Shown here: in pieces, positions 27,142 through 37,250 of the stretch
How positions within the stretch are numbered: position 1 is the first letter of the stretch
How the letters are laid out: every line of letters starts with the position of its first letter
NCBI GenBank assembly: GCA_001820955.1
Contig: MHRK01000047.1
Location: 1-55,695 of the forward strand
Length of the DNA: 55,695 nucleotides
From: Candidatus Taylorbacteria bacterium RIFCSPHIGHO2_02_FULL_43_32b
Lineage (GTDB): Bacteria; Patescibacteriota; Minisyncoccia; Phycocordibacterales; 2-02-FULL-43-11
Reading direction: 5' to 3'
Made by a program: the position numbers and the translations under genes
The notes under the pieces: generated by a model
Seen by the model: the letters and a program-made list of their open reading frames with translations, nothing else
Database searches by the model: none
What the model was told of the DNA's origin: nothing

Positions 27142-27969
27142 ATGAAATCAAAGGGACATATAAGGACAGTTATTGAATCTTCACCAATCCAACAACGGAC
27201 ACTGGAGGCGCATTTTGGGGGGCTCTTTGGCCAATATGTGTATGGTAAATCAAAAAGAATTGCGGAAGCCGTATTTCTACTTACCGCACATTTATCGGAA
27301 AATGATCCCCTGAAACAGACACTTAGAATCAAATCAATTGAAAATGTCACAGTGTCCGTAATGATTAAGAATGATAGTTCAGGTAAAGAATCCGATGTCC
27401 AATTCAATAAAATAATAGATAACATTATCTCCATCGTTTCCTTGCTTGAAATTGCCGCCGTATCGGAAACAATTAGCCCATCGAATTATTTCATCGTGAC
27501 TCGTGAATTGGAAATTGTTTTAAACACTATTCAAGATAAAAATAAGGACAAGAAGACATTAGGAGCAACAATTACAGCGGACTTCTTTAACGTTGCTATA
27601 AAGGACAAACTCTATACGGACAAGGATCGTCAAAAGGACAGTTTCGTTAAGGACAACATGGCTGTATCTATTGCCGATCAAAGTTCTGGGGCAGCTGCAG
27701 GTGTGTCTTCTGGGCGGATTTCGGATCATATGGAAGTCTCGTCCGTTAATAACGTATTGCGTACTGACGAGAGATTAAAAAAGGAAAGATTGGTGATGTC
27801 CTTTTTCGCTTCGGGACGAAAACTGACCGTTAACGAGTTGCATCGTTTAGTGCCTCAGTATGGTGAGAAGACTGTCCAAAGAGAGCTTATACGTCTCGTT
27901 AATGTTGGTCGTCTGACGAAGGAGGGCAAGAAAAGATGGACGAGGTATTTTTATGTCGTTGACAAGTGA
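27142..27969 (+). CDS. Hypothetical protein with helical N-terminal domain and C-terminal winged-helix (DeoR-like) domain
   Basis: C-terminal 'GEKTVQRELIRLV..G.L.KEGKKRWTRY'. Confidence 0.65.
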   Translation: MKSKGHIRTVIESSPIQQRTLEAHFGGLFGQYVYGKSKRIAEAVFLLTAHLSENDPLKQTLRIKSIENVTVSVMIKNDSSGKESDVQFNKIIDNIISIVSLLEIAAVSETISPSNYFIVTRELEIVLNTIQDKNKDKKTLGATITADFFNVAIKDKLYTDKDRQKDSFVKDNMAVSIADQSSGAAAGVSSGRISDHMEVSSVNNVLRTDERLKKERLVMSFFASGRKLTVNELHRLVPQYGEKTVQRELIRLVNVGRLTKEGKKRWTRYFYVVDK

Positions 27970-28641
27970 CATAATATGTTGCGAATGCTGAGTTTTTTCG
28001 GTGTTTAATATTTTGGTGATGAGTCGGGCTTTCGGCCGTTTTTCGGGGTTTAGGGGGTGTGCGCTTGACATTGACTCAGCGGGCGTACTGTGCAATAATG
28101 GCGCAAGGGATGAGATATAGGATTGTAAACAAAAATGAATGACGAAAAATGACGGGTTTTAGCCCGTTGTTTTGTAGTTATCCACAACGTCATTTTGCAG
28201 GTAAGCTGGTCCGGACATATAATAGTCATACACGGTAAAGTTTTGTCCGCGACATGATTGTGCGGTTTACAGTTTTAATGAACTTTGACATATAAAATAG
28301 AGAGAGCAATTTACTGAAATTCTTTCTTCATTAATGGAAAGATTATTGTTGTTTTTCCGTCTTATTTTTTGTCACTAACTTCGATAGCTTTTAGTCGTCC
28401 GGACTTGTAAAACAGGTACGGAGAAAGTGGTCGAATTAGTTTGGAAAAGTCGTTGATTCCCCGATTCGCCGGTTGGTGAGTGTTGGGGGATTCTGAATTT
28501 AGTATTAATGTCGCGAATTGGTTTTTGTCGAAACTAAGTTTCTCTAATATTTTTTTGGAGAAGTCGCGGCGGTAACGATTGTCCGCATTGTTTAATATAT
28601 AGAACGGGCAAGTAGTTATCATTATAAAGTTTATAAAGACA

Positions 28642-31600
28642 ATGAGTAAATCTACGAAACTTTTTGCGGGTTTTGTGGGGATAGTTCTCACTCTCGCTAT
28701 TATTGGCGGCGTGGGAATTAACACAGCAAGTGCTGCCGCTTTGACTCAGGCTCAAGTTGACTCAATCATTTCAATGATTCGAGCATTCGGAGCCGATCAG
28801 AGTACGATAAATAACGTAATGGCATCACTTACTGGCGGAACCCCAACTACACCTACAACCCCTTCAATGGGTTACACTTTTTCGCGTAACCTAAAGCAGG
28901 GTGACACAGGAGAAGATGTAATGAACCTTCAGAAAGTCCTTAACATGGATGTCGCGACTCAAGTTGCGGCAAGCGGAGTTGGTTCTTCGGGAAATGAGAC
29001 TTCATACTTCGGTCCTGCGACCAGAGCGGCAGTCATCAAATTCCAGAACAAATACGCTTCTGAAGTTCTGACACCGATTGGTTTGACGTCAGGTACAGGT
29101 ATTGTTGGAGCTATGACACGTGCGAAGTTGCAGGCCATTTCTGGCGTTGCAACTCCGACCACTCCAACCACTCCGACGACCCCAACCACTCCGACAACTC
29201 CGACAACCCCGGCTGGCACAGGAATCACAGTTGGCGACCCAGGTCAGCCTGGCGTCTCTTTGGCTCCGGCTAGCGCTTCAAGAATTCCTTTCACTAAGAT
29301 ACTCCTCACAGCTGGTTCTGACGGTGATGTAACTGTTAACTCGATCACGGTCGAGAGAACAGGTCTCGCTGTCGACACCAACTTTGCCGGCGTCGTTCTT
29401 CTTGATGAGAATGGCATGCAGATCGGTGATGCAAAGACCTTCAACTCAAATCACCAGGCCACGATCGGAACTCCGTTCGTAGTCAAGGCTGGTACGTCGA
29501 AGATCATTACCATCGCTGGTAACATGGCAAACTCCTCAACAGTTTCAGCCGGTCATGTTGCTTCACTCACAGTTGTGAGCGTCAACACGAACGGTGCTGT
29601 TGTTTCTGGAACCCTTCCAATCACAGGAGCTGCCCACACAATCAATGCAACGCTTTCACTCGGTTCGGCTACTCTCATAGCTTCAAGCTTTGATCCGAAC
29701 ACAGCTGCTACCAAGGAAATCGGAACAGCATCGTACAGGTTCTCAGGCGTTCGCTTGACAGCCGGTTCAACTGAAAAGGTTAGACTCTGGAGCGTTCGCT
29801 GGTACCAGTCCGGTTCAGCCGCTTCAGGAGACCTTTCAAACACGAAGACTTACGTTGACGGTGCCGCTTACGAAACAACAATTTCTTCAGATGGCAAATA
29901 TTACACCACGCTCTTCCCGGGTGGCATCTTGATTGATAAGGGTGCTTCTAAGGATATGTGGATTGTCGCTGATATAGTTGGTGCTTCATCTGCAAACCGC
30001 ACGATACAGTTCGACTTGTACAAGACGACTGATATCTACATGACGGGAGAAACCTACGGCTATGGTATTACGCCTTCAGCCAACGGTAACTGTGCGACAA
30101 CTGCGACAACTGGTACAGAATTTATGTACAGTACTGCGGCTTGTGCCGGCACAGCCTCAACCCCATGGTTTGACGGTTCAAAGGTAACCATTAGCGCCGG
30201 TTCAGCCACTTCAATCACCAAATCAACTTCAGTTGCGGCTCAAAACATCGCAGCTGGCGTTCCGAATCAGGTCTTGGGTGGTTTCGAAACCAACATCAAG
30301 GGTGAGCCGATTTCAGTTCAGAACATGACATTCACAGTATCAACCTCGTCAGGTACAGGTACAGGCATTTTGACCAGCGTCACTATCGTTGACCAGAACG
30401 GTGCGGTAGTCGCCGGTCCGATTGATGCCGATACTGCCGGTACTTCACTTGCGTTTACTGACACAATCACATTCCCGATCGGAAAGCAGATCTACACCTT
30501 GAAGGGTAAGATCTCAACTTCAATCGGAAATAACACACAGTACTCGATTGCTTCAACCCCGTCCTCGCAATGGACGAACGTAACAGGTTTGGTTTCTGGT
30601 AACACAGTATCGCTTACATCGAATGGAATCTTCACGATGAACACGATGACTGTTAAGTCAGGAAGCCTCGCTGTTACTGTCGGTTCAACACCGGCAGCGC
30701 AAACAATCGTTGCTGGTGGAAACGCTCGAACCTTCGCTAACTTCCAGCTTGATGCTACACAGTCTGGTGAAGACGTTCGCTTGTCTTCAATGAAGGGTAG
30801 TCTGACTTTTGGCTCTGCTAACACAGCAGATAATCTAAGCGGCTGTCAGCTCTATGAGGGCGAAACTTCGTTGACTTCAGGAAACGTTGTAAATCCGGCC
30901 AATGCTGATACAACTGGTGATGAATACGTATTCACATTCGACACAGCTTTGGTTGTCCCGAAAGGCACAGTCAAGACTTTGGCTTTGAAGTGTAACGTTT
31001 CAACCGCGGCTGCTTCCCCTGAGACATTTGCTTGGGGTATTGAGGACACTGCGGCTAACATTGTTCCGACCGGCGTAACTTCCGGTACAACAATCGGTGA
31101 GACCGTAACAGCTTCAACTGGTCAGACAATGTCAATTGGTTCAGGCGCTCTTGCCGTCTCAACAGACGCTTCAAGCCCGTCCTACACCATTGTCGCCGCT
31201 GGCACAGCGGATCAGGTTATCGGTGTCTACAAGCTTGATGCGACCAACGAGAATATCAACTTGGCTAAACTTGGTTTGTCTTTGACAAACACAGCTTCTA
31301 GCTCGGCGAAGGATATTGTTCAGGTTACGGTTTGGGACGGTTCAACCAAGGTTGGTACCGCCACATTCACAGGCTTGAGCACAACGGCAACTTCAACCTT
31401 TACTTCACCTGTCTTGGTTGCGAAGAACACTTCCAAGCTTTTGACTATCAAGGCTGACTTGTCCAATATCGGAGTTGACGAATCTGCTACTTCATCCGGC
31501 CACATGCTTGCGGTTGATTACCAGAGCGGTCAGGGTACTGGAGTTGAGAGTGGAGCAACGAAAGAAGCTTCAGGTTCAACAGCAGTCACAGGAGTACGCA

Positions 31601-32241
31601 TTATGAAGTCCTACCCGGTATTTGCTCAGGACACATTGTCATCAACTGGTGTTGCTGATGGTAAGCTCCTTCGCTTCAAGGTTACGGCGAACTCAAAGGG
31701 TCCGATCGGAATCACGAAGTTTGAATTGAGTCTTTCCACCACAACCGCTTCGGTTAGTCAGCTCAACATGTTTGCCTACACAGATTCAGCTTACTCACAG
31801 GCAGTCAGTGGGTTGTCATCAGGCGGTCAGTTGCAGGCTTCTAACGCATGTTCCGCAGGTTCAGGCGTCCTAAGTTGCAACACAACTCCGACAATCGCTC
31901 TCTACTCTCAGACTTCAGCTGGTGCTACGACGACTGTTCAGATTCCGGCCGGTACGACTTACTACTTCGAAGTTCGCGCCACTGTAAGCGGCTCAGCCTC
32001 GGGCGCTTCAGTCATCACGACTTTGAAGGGTGACTCGGCCTATCCGTCAATCCCGCAGGGTGGAGAACTCCGCTGGATGGCGTCCACAACCAGAATCGAT
32101 ATGGTAGAAGCTCAGAACTCGTTGATTTGGTCACCCAACTCAACCAGTACAACTGACAATGCCAACGATAATGACTGGACAAACGGATACGGTATCTACG
32201 GTTTGCCTTCAAGCGGTATCATTCAGAACCGCAGCAACTAA
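28642..32241 (+). CDS. Large secreted Ser/Thr-rich surface protein with a peptidoglycan-binding domain (S-layer-like)
   Basis: Signal peptide, 'FSRNLKQGDTGEDV..LQ..LN...YFGPATRAAVIKFQ' PG-binding pattern, (PTT)n linkers and beta-rich repeats. Confidence 0.8.
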   Translation: MSKSTKLFAGFVGIVLTLAIIGGVGINTASAAALTQAQVDSIISMIRAFGADQSTINNVMASLTGGTPTTPTTPSMGYTFSRNLKQGDTGEDVMNLQKVLNMDVATQVAASGVGSSGNETSYFGPATRAAVIKFQNKYASEVLTPIGLTSGTGIVGAMTRAKLQAISGVATPTTPTTPTTPTTPTTPTTPAGTGITVGDPGQPGVSLAPASASRIPFTKILLTAGSDGDVTVNSITVERTGLAVDTNFAGVVLLDENGMQIGDAKTFNSNHQATIGTPFVVKAGTSKIITIAGNMANSSTVSAGHVASLTVVSVNTNGAVVSGTLPITGAAHTINATLSLGSATLIASSFDPNTAATKEIGTASYRFSGVRLTAGSTEKVRLWSVRWYQSGSAASGDLSNTKTYVDGAAYETTISSDGKYYTTLFPGGILIDKGASKDMWIVADIVGASSANRTIQFDLYKTTDIYMTGETYGYGITPSANGNCATTATTGTEFMYSTAACAGTASTPWFDGSKVTISAGSATSITKSTSVAAQNIAAGVPNQVLGGFETNIKGEPISVQNMTFTVSTSSGTGTGILTSVTIVDQNGAVVAGPIDADTAGTSLAFTDTITFPIGKQIYTLKGKISTSIGNNTQYSIASTPSSQWTNVTGLVSGNTVSLTSNGIFTMNTMTVKSGSLAVTVGSTPAAQTIVAGGNARTFANFQLDATQSGEDVRLSSMKGSLTFGSANTADNLSGCQLYEGETSLTSGNVVNPANADTTGDEYVFTFDTALVVPKGTVKTLALKCNVSTAAASPETFAWGIEDTAANIVPTGVTSGTTIGETVTASTGQTMSIGSGALAVSTDASSPSYTIVAAGTADQVIGVYKLDATNENINLAKLGLSLTNTASSSAKDIVQVTVWDGSTKVGTATFTGLSTTATSTFTSPVLVAKNTSKLLTIKADLSNIGVDESATSSGHMLAVDYQSGQGTGVESGATKEASGSTAVTGVRIMKSYPVFAQDTLSSTGVADGKLLRFKVTANSKGPIGITKFELSLSTTTASVSQLNMFAYTDSAYSQAVSGLSSGGQLQASNACSAGSGVLSCNTTPTIALYSQTSAGATTTVQIPAGTTYYFEVRATVSGSASGASVITTLKGDSAYPSIPQGGELRWMASTTRIDMVEAQNSLIWSPNSTSTTDNANDNDWTNGYGIYGLPSSGIIQNRSN

Positions 32242-32277
32242 CATTAGCTACTTGTGCTCGCCCCTTCGGCGAGAGCT

Positions 32278-32312
32278 AAACAAAACCCCCCGCTTCGCGG
32301 GGGGTTTTGTTT
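32278..32312 (+). terminator. Intrinsic terminator
   Basis: AAACAAAACCCCCCGC-ttc-GCGGGGGGTTTTGTTT. Confidence 0.85.
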
Positions 32313-32497
32313 TACCATCCCCAATTAATCTATGAACACCAAGCCCCGGAAATTTTTGGCTACTGCTACCCGAAAATTCCTCGACATATCTCGATATGCC
32401 TCGTAATTTTCTGTTCGCCTCGCCTAAAAATGTCCGGACTTATGCCCAGATCTTAATTGTCGATGGTATTACGCCAATATTATGCTAATATTTTCTC

Positions 32498-33169
32498 ATG
32501 CAAGATAAAATGAAGTGGATATTTGGTGGATTTGCACTACTCGTCGTTACGGGGGTTGTTTTGTTTTCTGGTATTTTCAAATTGGGCGAAGAAGGGGAAA
32601 ATAGTCCTGTCGCTTCATCTACAACATCAGGCTTTGTTTCTAAAGATGGGATAACAGCAACCGGCGACTTTACAGTTGAACCTGTAGAAGAAACTATAGA
32701 AATTCCGAATTTGAATCGTCCAGTTGTTTTTCCTTCCGATATGCCAAATGAGGCTAGGGAAGTGTTAAAAGAAAGACTGGATGAAGCAGTTGTCACGATT
32801 CGTGGCGACCAGAGCTCGTACGAGGGCTGGTTTAAGCTTGGGGTTAATCGCAAGGCCATAGAGGATTATGTCGGGGCAAAGGAGGCGTGGGAATTTGCCT
32901 CATATCTTTACTCAAAAGATGCTGTTTTGTACTCAAATTTGGGTAATTTGTACGGCTACTACTTAAAGAATACCGCGCTGGCAGAAACAAATTATCTGAA
33001 GGCCGTTGATCTCGAACCTTACATAGCTAATTGGTATCTACGCACGGCAGATTTTTACCGAGAAGTTGTGGGTGATTCGGTTAAGGCCAAGGCAATTTTG
33101 GCTAAAGGTTTAAGTATGATTCCAGGTGACACGTTGATCACAACCGCGTTAAATTCAACCGGCCAATAA
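32498..33169 (+). CDS. Membrane-anchored TPR-repeat protein
   Basis: N-terminal TM segment and TPR-like 'YSNLGNLY....A...YLKAVDLEP'. Confidence 0.75.
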   Translation: MQDKMKWIFGGFALLVVTGVVLFSGIFKLGEEGENSPVASSTTSGFVSKDGITATGDFTVEPVEETIEIPNLNRPVVFPSDMPNEAREVLKERLDEAVVTIRGDQSSYEGWFKLGVNRKAIEDYVGAKEAWEFASYLYSKDAVLYSNLGNLYGYYLKNTALAETNYLKAVDLEPYIANWYLRTADFYREVVGDSVKAKAILAKGLSMIPGDTLITTALNSTGQ

Positions 33170-33171
33170 AA

Positions 33172-33321
33172 ATGAGACTTTTGAATAAAGATTTCTTTAG
33201 GTTTTTGTCGGGATTTATGGGACTTGTTTCTATTAGTCTCGTTTTGATATTTGCCGTCGGTTTTTACGAATCTCAGATAATGGAAAAGGGTAGAGAGGCT
33301 AATACTATTGGCCGAGAATAG
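33172..33321 (+). CDS. Small single-TM protein, 49 aa (below the ORF track cutoff)
   Basis: MRLLNKDFFRFLSGFMGLVSISLVLIFAVGFYESQ... starts 2 bp after the TPR gene stop. Confidence 0.5.
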   Translation: MRLLNKDFFRFLSGFMGLVSISLVLIFAVGFYESQIMEKGREANTIGRE

Positions 33322-33429
33322 AGAAGCATGTTTTCATAGAAGATATGTGTTTTTTGGTTTGCTGGGGCGTCAGAGTAAATTTCCAATTAGCGGATGTCAT
33401 CAATTGTTATGTGGACATTGTTACGATTA

Positions 33430-33469
33430 CTACTCATTATAACGTAGCTATAGCTATGTTATAATGAGT
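33430..33469. repeat. Palindromic repeat upstream of the PaaX-like gene
   Basis: ACTCATTATAAC-GTAGCTATAGCTAT-GTTATAATGAGT, 36/40 identical to 34130-34169. Confidence 0.85.
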
Positions 33470-33506
33470 GGAAGAAATTTAACAATTTTTTCAAAAAAGT
33501 AAAAAA

Positions 33507-34070
33507 ATGGGACAACTGGAAACCGAATCGAAAATAAGGACTAGAAATTCAAAAATAAAGAGTGCGATTCTAACCACGCTCGCTGTTTCGATTGCAGGAT
33601 CGCTTAATGCTGGTGCTTTGGTACGAGGGGTTTTGCAGGAACTGAAGAAACCAAAGGAAAAACGCGTTCTTGCCCAAAATGCCATATACAACGCGAGAAA
33701 AAGACTGTCACAGCTTGGGCTCATCTCTTATGAAAATGGATTGTGGTATATAACTGAAGAAGGAAGAAAAGTGCTTTCAACTTCAGTTTTCGGCCAGTTT
33801 GAACGGCCTAAAAAGTGGGATAAAAAATGGCGAATATTGATTTTTGACATAGGTGAGGATAGACGCACACTAAGAGAGAAAGTGAGGAGAACTTTGGTTT
33901 CTGTGGGGTTTAGGAGACTGCAGGATAGCGTTTGGGCGTATCCATATGATCGCGAGGACTTGATCGCGCTTATTAAAACCGATTTCAAAATTGGCAAGGA
34001 CATGCTTTATATTATTGCAGACCAAATCGAGAATGATATTGAATTGAGGCGCGAGTTCGGTTTAATGTAG
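33507..34070 (+). CDS. PaaX-like regulator (winged helix plus Cas2-like central domain)
   Basis: 'RL...GLI......YITEEG' wHTH followed by 'WDKKWRILIFDI.E..R..R...R..L...GF..LQDSVW'. Confidence 0.8.
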   Translation: MGQLETESKIRTRNSKIKSAILTTLAVSIAGSLNAGALVRGVLQELKKPKEKRVLAQNAIYNARKRLSQLGLISYENGLWYITEEGRKVLSTSVFGQFERPKKWDKKWRILIFDIGEDRRTLREKVRRTLVSVGFRRLQDSVWAYPYDREDLIALIKTDFKIGKDMLYIIADQIENDIELRREFGLM

Positions 34071-34129
34071 CTTGTGTTATTCTATTTACAAACTGCACGA
34101 TACTTACACTAGAAAATTTTCACGGTTCG

Positions 34130-34169
34130 CTACTCATTATAAGAAAGCTATAGCTATGTTAAAATGAGT
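34130..34169. repeat. Palindromic repeat downstream of the PaaX-like gene
   Basis: Second copy of 33430-33469, exactly 700 bp away. Confidence 0.85.
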
Positions 34170-34375
34170 AAAAAGGTTATTGATTTGTAGCGGATTTAAG
34201 TGAGCAGGTAGTTCAAAGACGGGTACTTTCTTATGAGCGCGTGTTTGTAATACCAAAAAAGACAGAGAATCTTTCCAAAGGGATGTGCGGGTTAAGTTTG
34301 AGGAGGGGCTTAATGTAACGCAAAATTAAGGAGGGGTTGCGCATAATCCATTTCTTTGTTACTGTTGTCTTTACA

Positions 34376-34528
34376 GGGCTTCAGAGACTGAAGGTGCCAA
34401 TTTTCAAGGAGCGTTAGCGACTATGAAGATTGAGCATCCCGAACCGCTTTTGTTAAAAAGAGGTGAGGGACAGCTAATGCTTAATTTCCTTCACAGAGGT
34501 CGATTCTCTTAAATTGAGATCGAAGCCT
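34376..34528 (+). promoter_or_regulatory. Ribosomal protein L10 leader (autoregulatory RNA), with extra hairpins
   Basis: 'AGAGACTGAAGGT...CTTAATTTCCTTCACAGAGGT' inside a GGCTTC/GAAGCC stem, upstream of rplJ. Confidence 0.6.
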
Positions 34529-34680
34529 ATTATATTATTAGAGTTAGGCGCTAGGCGTTAGGGAGAAGTTTAATTCTAACGTCAGTGACCGTGCCTGCAT
34601 TTAAATGGCGCTAAGATTTAGGGTTGAGGTTTTAGGATTTCCTAGAGCCTAACGCCTAAAACCTAGAGCCTGTTTCTATC

Positions 34681-35169
34681 GTGGCAATCTCCAAAGAAAA
34701 GAAAAAAGGAATTATCGAAAAGCTCGAGAAAATTTTCTCGGATGCCAAGGCTGTAACCTTCGTAAATTTTAGCGGTTTGACCGTGGCGGGGGCGACGGAA
34801 CTCCGCCGAGTTTTGAAAGCGGGTGAAGTCGGGTATTTTGTGGCAAAAAAAACGTTAATCAGGAAAGTATTGGGCGCAAAGAAATTGGAAGGTGAAATGC
34901 CGGAACTTCCGGGTGAAATAGGTATTGCTTACAGTGCCGAACCAACGGCGCCCGCAAGAGAAGCTCACACCTTCGCAAAGAAGATAGAGAAGGGTCTCAA
35001 ACTAGTTGGCGGTATTTTCGAGGGTAAATTTTTGAACCAAGAAGCCATGCTTCAAATAGCATTGATTCCGTCTAAGAATACTCTTCGTGCCCAGTTTGTG
35101 AACGTTATAAATTCGCCGATCCAGAGGTTGGCGGTTGTGCTTAGTGAAATCGCAAAGAAAAAAGTATAG
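34681..35169 (+). CDS. rplJ: 50S ribosomal protein L10
   Basis: 'GLTVA...LRR.L......VAKKTL...LVGG.FEG', adjacent to rplL. Confidence 0.95.
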   Translation: MAISKEKKKGIIEKLEKIFSDAKAVTFVNFSGLTVAGATELRRVLKAGEVGYFVAKKTLIRKVLGAKKLEGEMPELPGEIGIAYSAEPTAPAREAHTFAKKIEKGLKLVGGIFEGKFLNQEAMLQIALIPSKNTLRAQFVNVINSPIQRLAVVLSEIAKKKV

Positions 35170-35284
35170 TTTGACCAATATACGAATAATGCGAATCTTG
35201 ACGAATGACTACTAATTCTCAGGTTCGGAGTTATTCGTATACATTAGTTAAGATTAGCATCATTAGTATATTTGTAATCATTTT

Positions 35285-35683
35285 ATGGAAGAAACAAAAA
35301 AGGATGTTCAGATTCCGGACAAGTTCAAGTCTATTGTTGAAACGATTGAAAAGATGTCCGTGCTTGATCTAAACGAGTTGGTAAAAGTGTTTGAAGCCAA
35401 GTTTGGCGTGTCTGCTGCGGCGGTTGCCGTGGCCGCCCCGGGTGCCGGAGCCGCTCCTCAAGGCGAAGAGAAGACCACTTTCAATGTTGAATTGAAAGAC
35501 GGAGGCGCTCAGAAAATCGCCGTAATCAAGATTGTAAAGGAAGTTTTGGGTCTTGGTTTGAAAGAGGCCAAGGATGTTGTCGACGGTGCTCCGAAGATGC
35601 TTAAAGAAGGAATGAAGAAATCAGAAGCGGAGGATCTTAAGAAGAGAATTGAGGAAGCCGGAGGGAAAGTTGAGTTAAAGTAA
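35285..35683 (+). CDS. rplL: 50S ribosomal protein L7/L12
   Basis: 'KFGVSAAA', 'EEKT.F.V.L', 'KIAVIK' and '[10 protein letters not shown]'. Confidence 0.97.
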   Translation: MEETKKDVQIPDKFKSIVETIEKMSVLDLNELVKVFEAKFGVSAAAVAVAAPGAGAAPQGEEKTTFNVELKDGGAQKIAVIKIVKEVLGLGLKEAKDVVDGAPKMLKEGMKKSEAEDLKKRIEEAGGKVELK

Positions 35684-35825
35684 ACTTTAACTCAACTTTA
35701 CCGGAGGTCCTGACGAATTTTAATAAATTCGGAAGGGCAGGGAGGTTTCCGGAGGTGCCTGATTTTTCGCATCACGAAAAATTAGGCCAAGGAGGTAAAG
35801 TTGAATTGAAATAAAAACTTTACTA

Positions 35826-35868
35826 CAAAAAACCGCTCGTACAGCAAATGCTTCGGGTGGTTTTTTGT
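35826..35868 (+). terminator. Probable intrinsic terminator after rplL
   Basis: CAAAAAACCGCTCG...CGGGTGGTTTTTTG. Confidence 0.6.
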
Positions 35869-35930
35869 TGTCTGGACGTTTTTTAAGAATTGCTACATCC
35901 TGGTGGAAGTAAAGAAATAACATTGAGAAT

Positions 35931-36128
35931 ATGATTAGACGAGATGAACCTCCGGGTGGTCATTTACCCACTGAAGTGGTGGAAGTCGACGATCGCAGGC
36001 GACCCACGAGACAGGGAGTATCCTATGGTTGTTTCGAATCCGAAAGACATACCACATGGATCCCCAAAAATAAAATTTACGCCGTAGTTAAGTGGCTCCG
36101 CGATAAGTTCTTGTCGCCGTATTTATAA
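35931..36128 (+). CDS. Hypothetical protein, 65 aa
   Basis: ATG-started ORF followed by a hairpin and T-tract, with no recognisable motif. Confidence 0.35.
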   Translation: MIRRDEPPGGHLPTEVVEVDDRRRPTRQGVSYGCFESERHTTWIPKNKIYAVVKWLRDKFLSPYL

Positions 36129-36462
36129 AAAGCCTTCCCTTTTTTGGGGCGGGCGCTTTGTTTTTTGGGATTTGAAGACTGTGTCGCCAAAGAAGCTCAA
36201 TCCTAATTCCTAATGGGCACCATTAGGAATTTCAATAAGTTCGTAAATAGTTTAGTGCTCGTGATTTTCTGACGGATAATAATTGGAGCGCTTGTGTGCA
36301 TTTGTTTAGCAGTATATAACAATGAAAAAACCGACCCGGGTCAACTCTCGCATTTTTGATGAGGTAAGCATAGAATACACAAACGTTTTCAGGTCTGGTC
36401 TGTTTTCTGATTCGTTAAGTTGATTTGTTTAAATTCGTATTTATTCGTTGATTTGCACTTGC

Positions 36463-37077
36463 ATGGATATATTGGAAAAATTGTTCGGCAGCGGGGATAG
36501 GGTCAGGATAATGAGGGTTTTTCTTTTTAGCCCCGACGTGGTTTTTACCGTGGAGGAGATAGCAAAAAGAAGTAATCTTTTTCGTCGGGTAGTGGACAAA
36601 GAATTATTTTTGTTACAGAAGGCGACATTTATAAGGCGCAAGCCCTTTCCCCGCGTATCTAAAAATGGCAATGGTTCGCGGAAAAAGGGAAACGGTTGGG
36701 CGTTGAGCAAAAATTTTCAGTATCTTAAGCCAATGGAGAGCTTGCTCATTCAGCAGGTACTAATTACCGAATCCGATTTAATTAAGAGGCTCGAGAAAGT
36801 GGGGAAGCTCAAGTTACTACTTATTTCGGGATTATTTGTTCAGGATAGTGAGGGCAGGGTTGATCTTCTTATTGTTTGCGAACATATGAAAAGGAAGACT
36901 CTTGAACAGGTGATAAAGTCTATGGAGGCTGAAATAGGCAAGGAACTTCGTTACGCGGCGTTTGAGGCGCCGGAATTTGAATACCGAGTAAAAATGTACG
37001 ATAAGCTGATCAGAGACATATTCGATTTCCCTCATAAAACCATATTAAACAAACTCGGTTTGGTGGAGGATAGATAA
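36463..37077 (+). CDS. Conserved hypothetical protein (N-terminal HTH, C-terminal nucleotidyltransferase-like)
   Basis: 'LEKLFGS..RVRIMR.FL..P' and 'SGLF......VDLLIV'. Probable start ATG 36463 (track start 36448). Confidence 0.65.
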   Translation: MDILEKLFGSGDRVRIMRVFLFSPDVVFTVEEIAKRSNLFRRVVDKELFLLQKATFIRRKPFPRVSKNGNGSRKKGNGWALSKNFQYLKPMESLLIQQVLITESDLIKRLEKVGKLKLLLISGLFVQDSEGRVDLLIVCEHMKRKTLEQVIKSMEAEIGKELRYAAFEAPEFEYRVKMYDKLIRDIFDFPHKTILNKLGLVEDR

Positions 37078-37250
37078 CCAATTTTTTAAGGCTCCTTGTT
37101 TTTTGGGCAATTTCGGTATCAACACTTGTCAGCTTGAAAACTGGTCAATATGTTATAATTTGTGAGGAAATCAAGAGGCTGGGTATTGGAATGAGCTGGT
37201 CTCTCCGTTCCAATTTTCGTTGGCCTTTTTATAAATAAAAAAAGTTTATT

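Noticed and set aside
29148..29212. Tandem 9-bp repeats as an array or contingency locus
   Set aside because: They are synonymous-variant codons for a Pro-Thr-Thr linker within the surface protein.
1866..32212. Numerous antisense or alternate-frame ORFs inside long genes
   Set aside because: They are shadows of well-supported genes and have no motifs of their own.
33430..34169. CRISPR-Cas locus (Cas2-like protein plus two repeats)
   Set aside because: There are only two repeats, 700 bp apart, with no spacer-sized units and no cas1. The protein has PaaX-type architecture.
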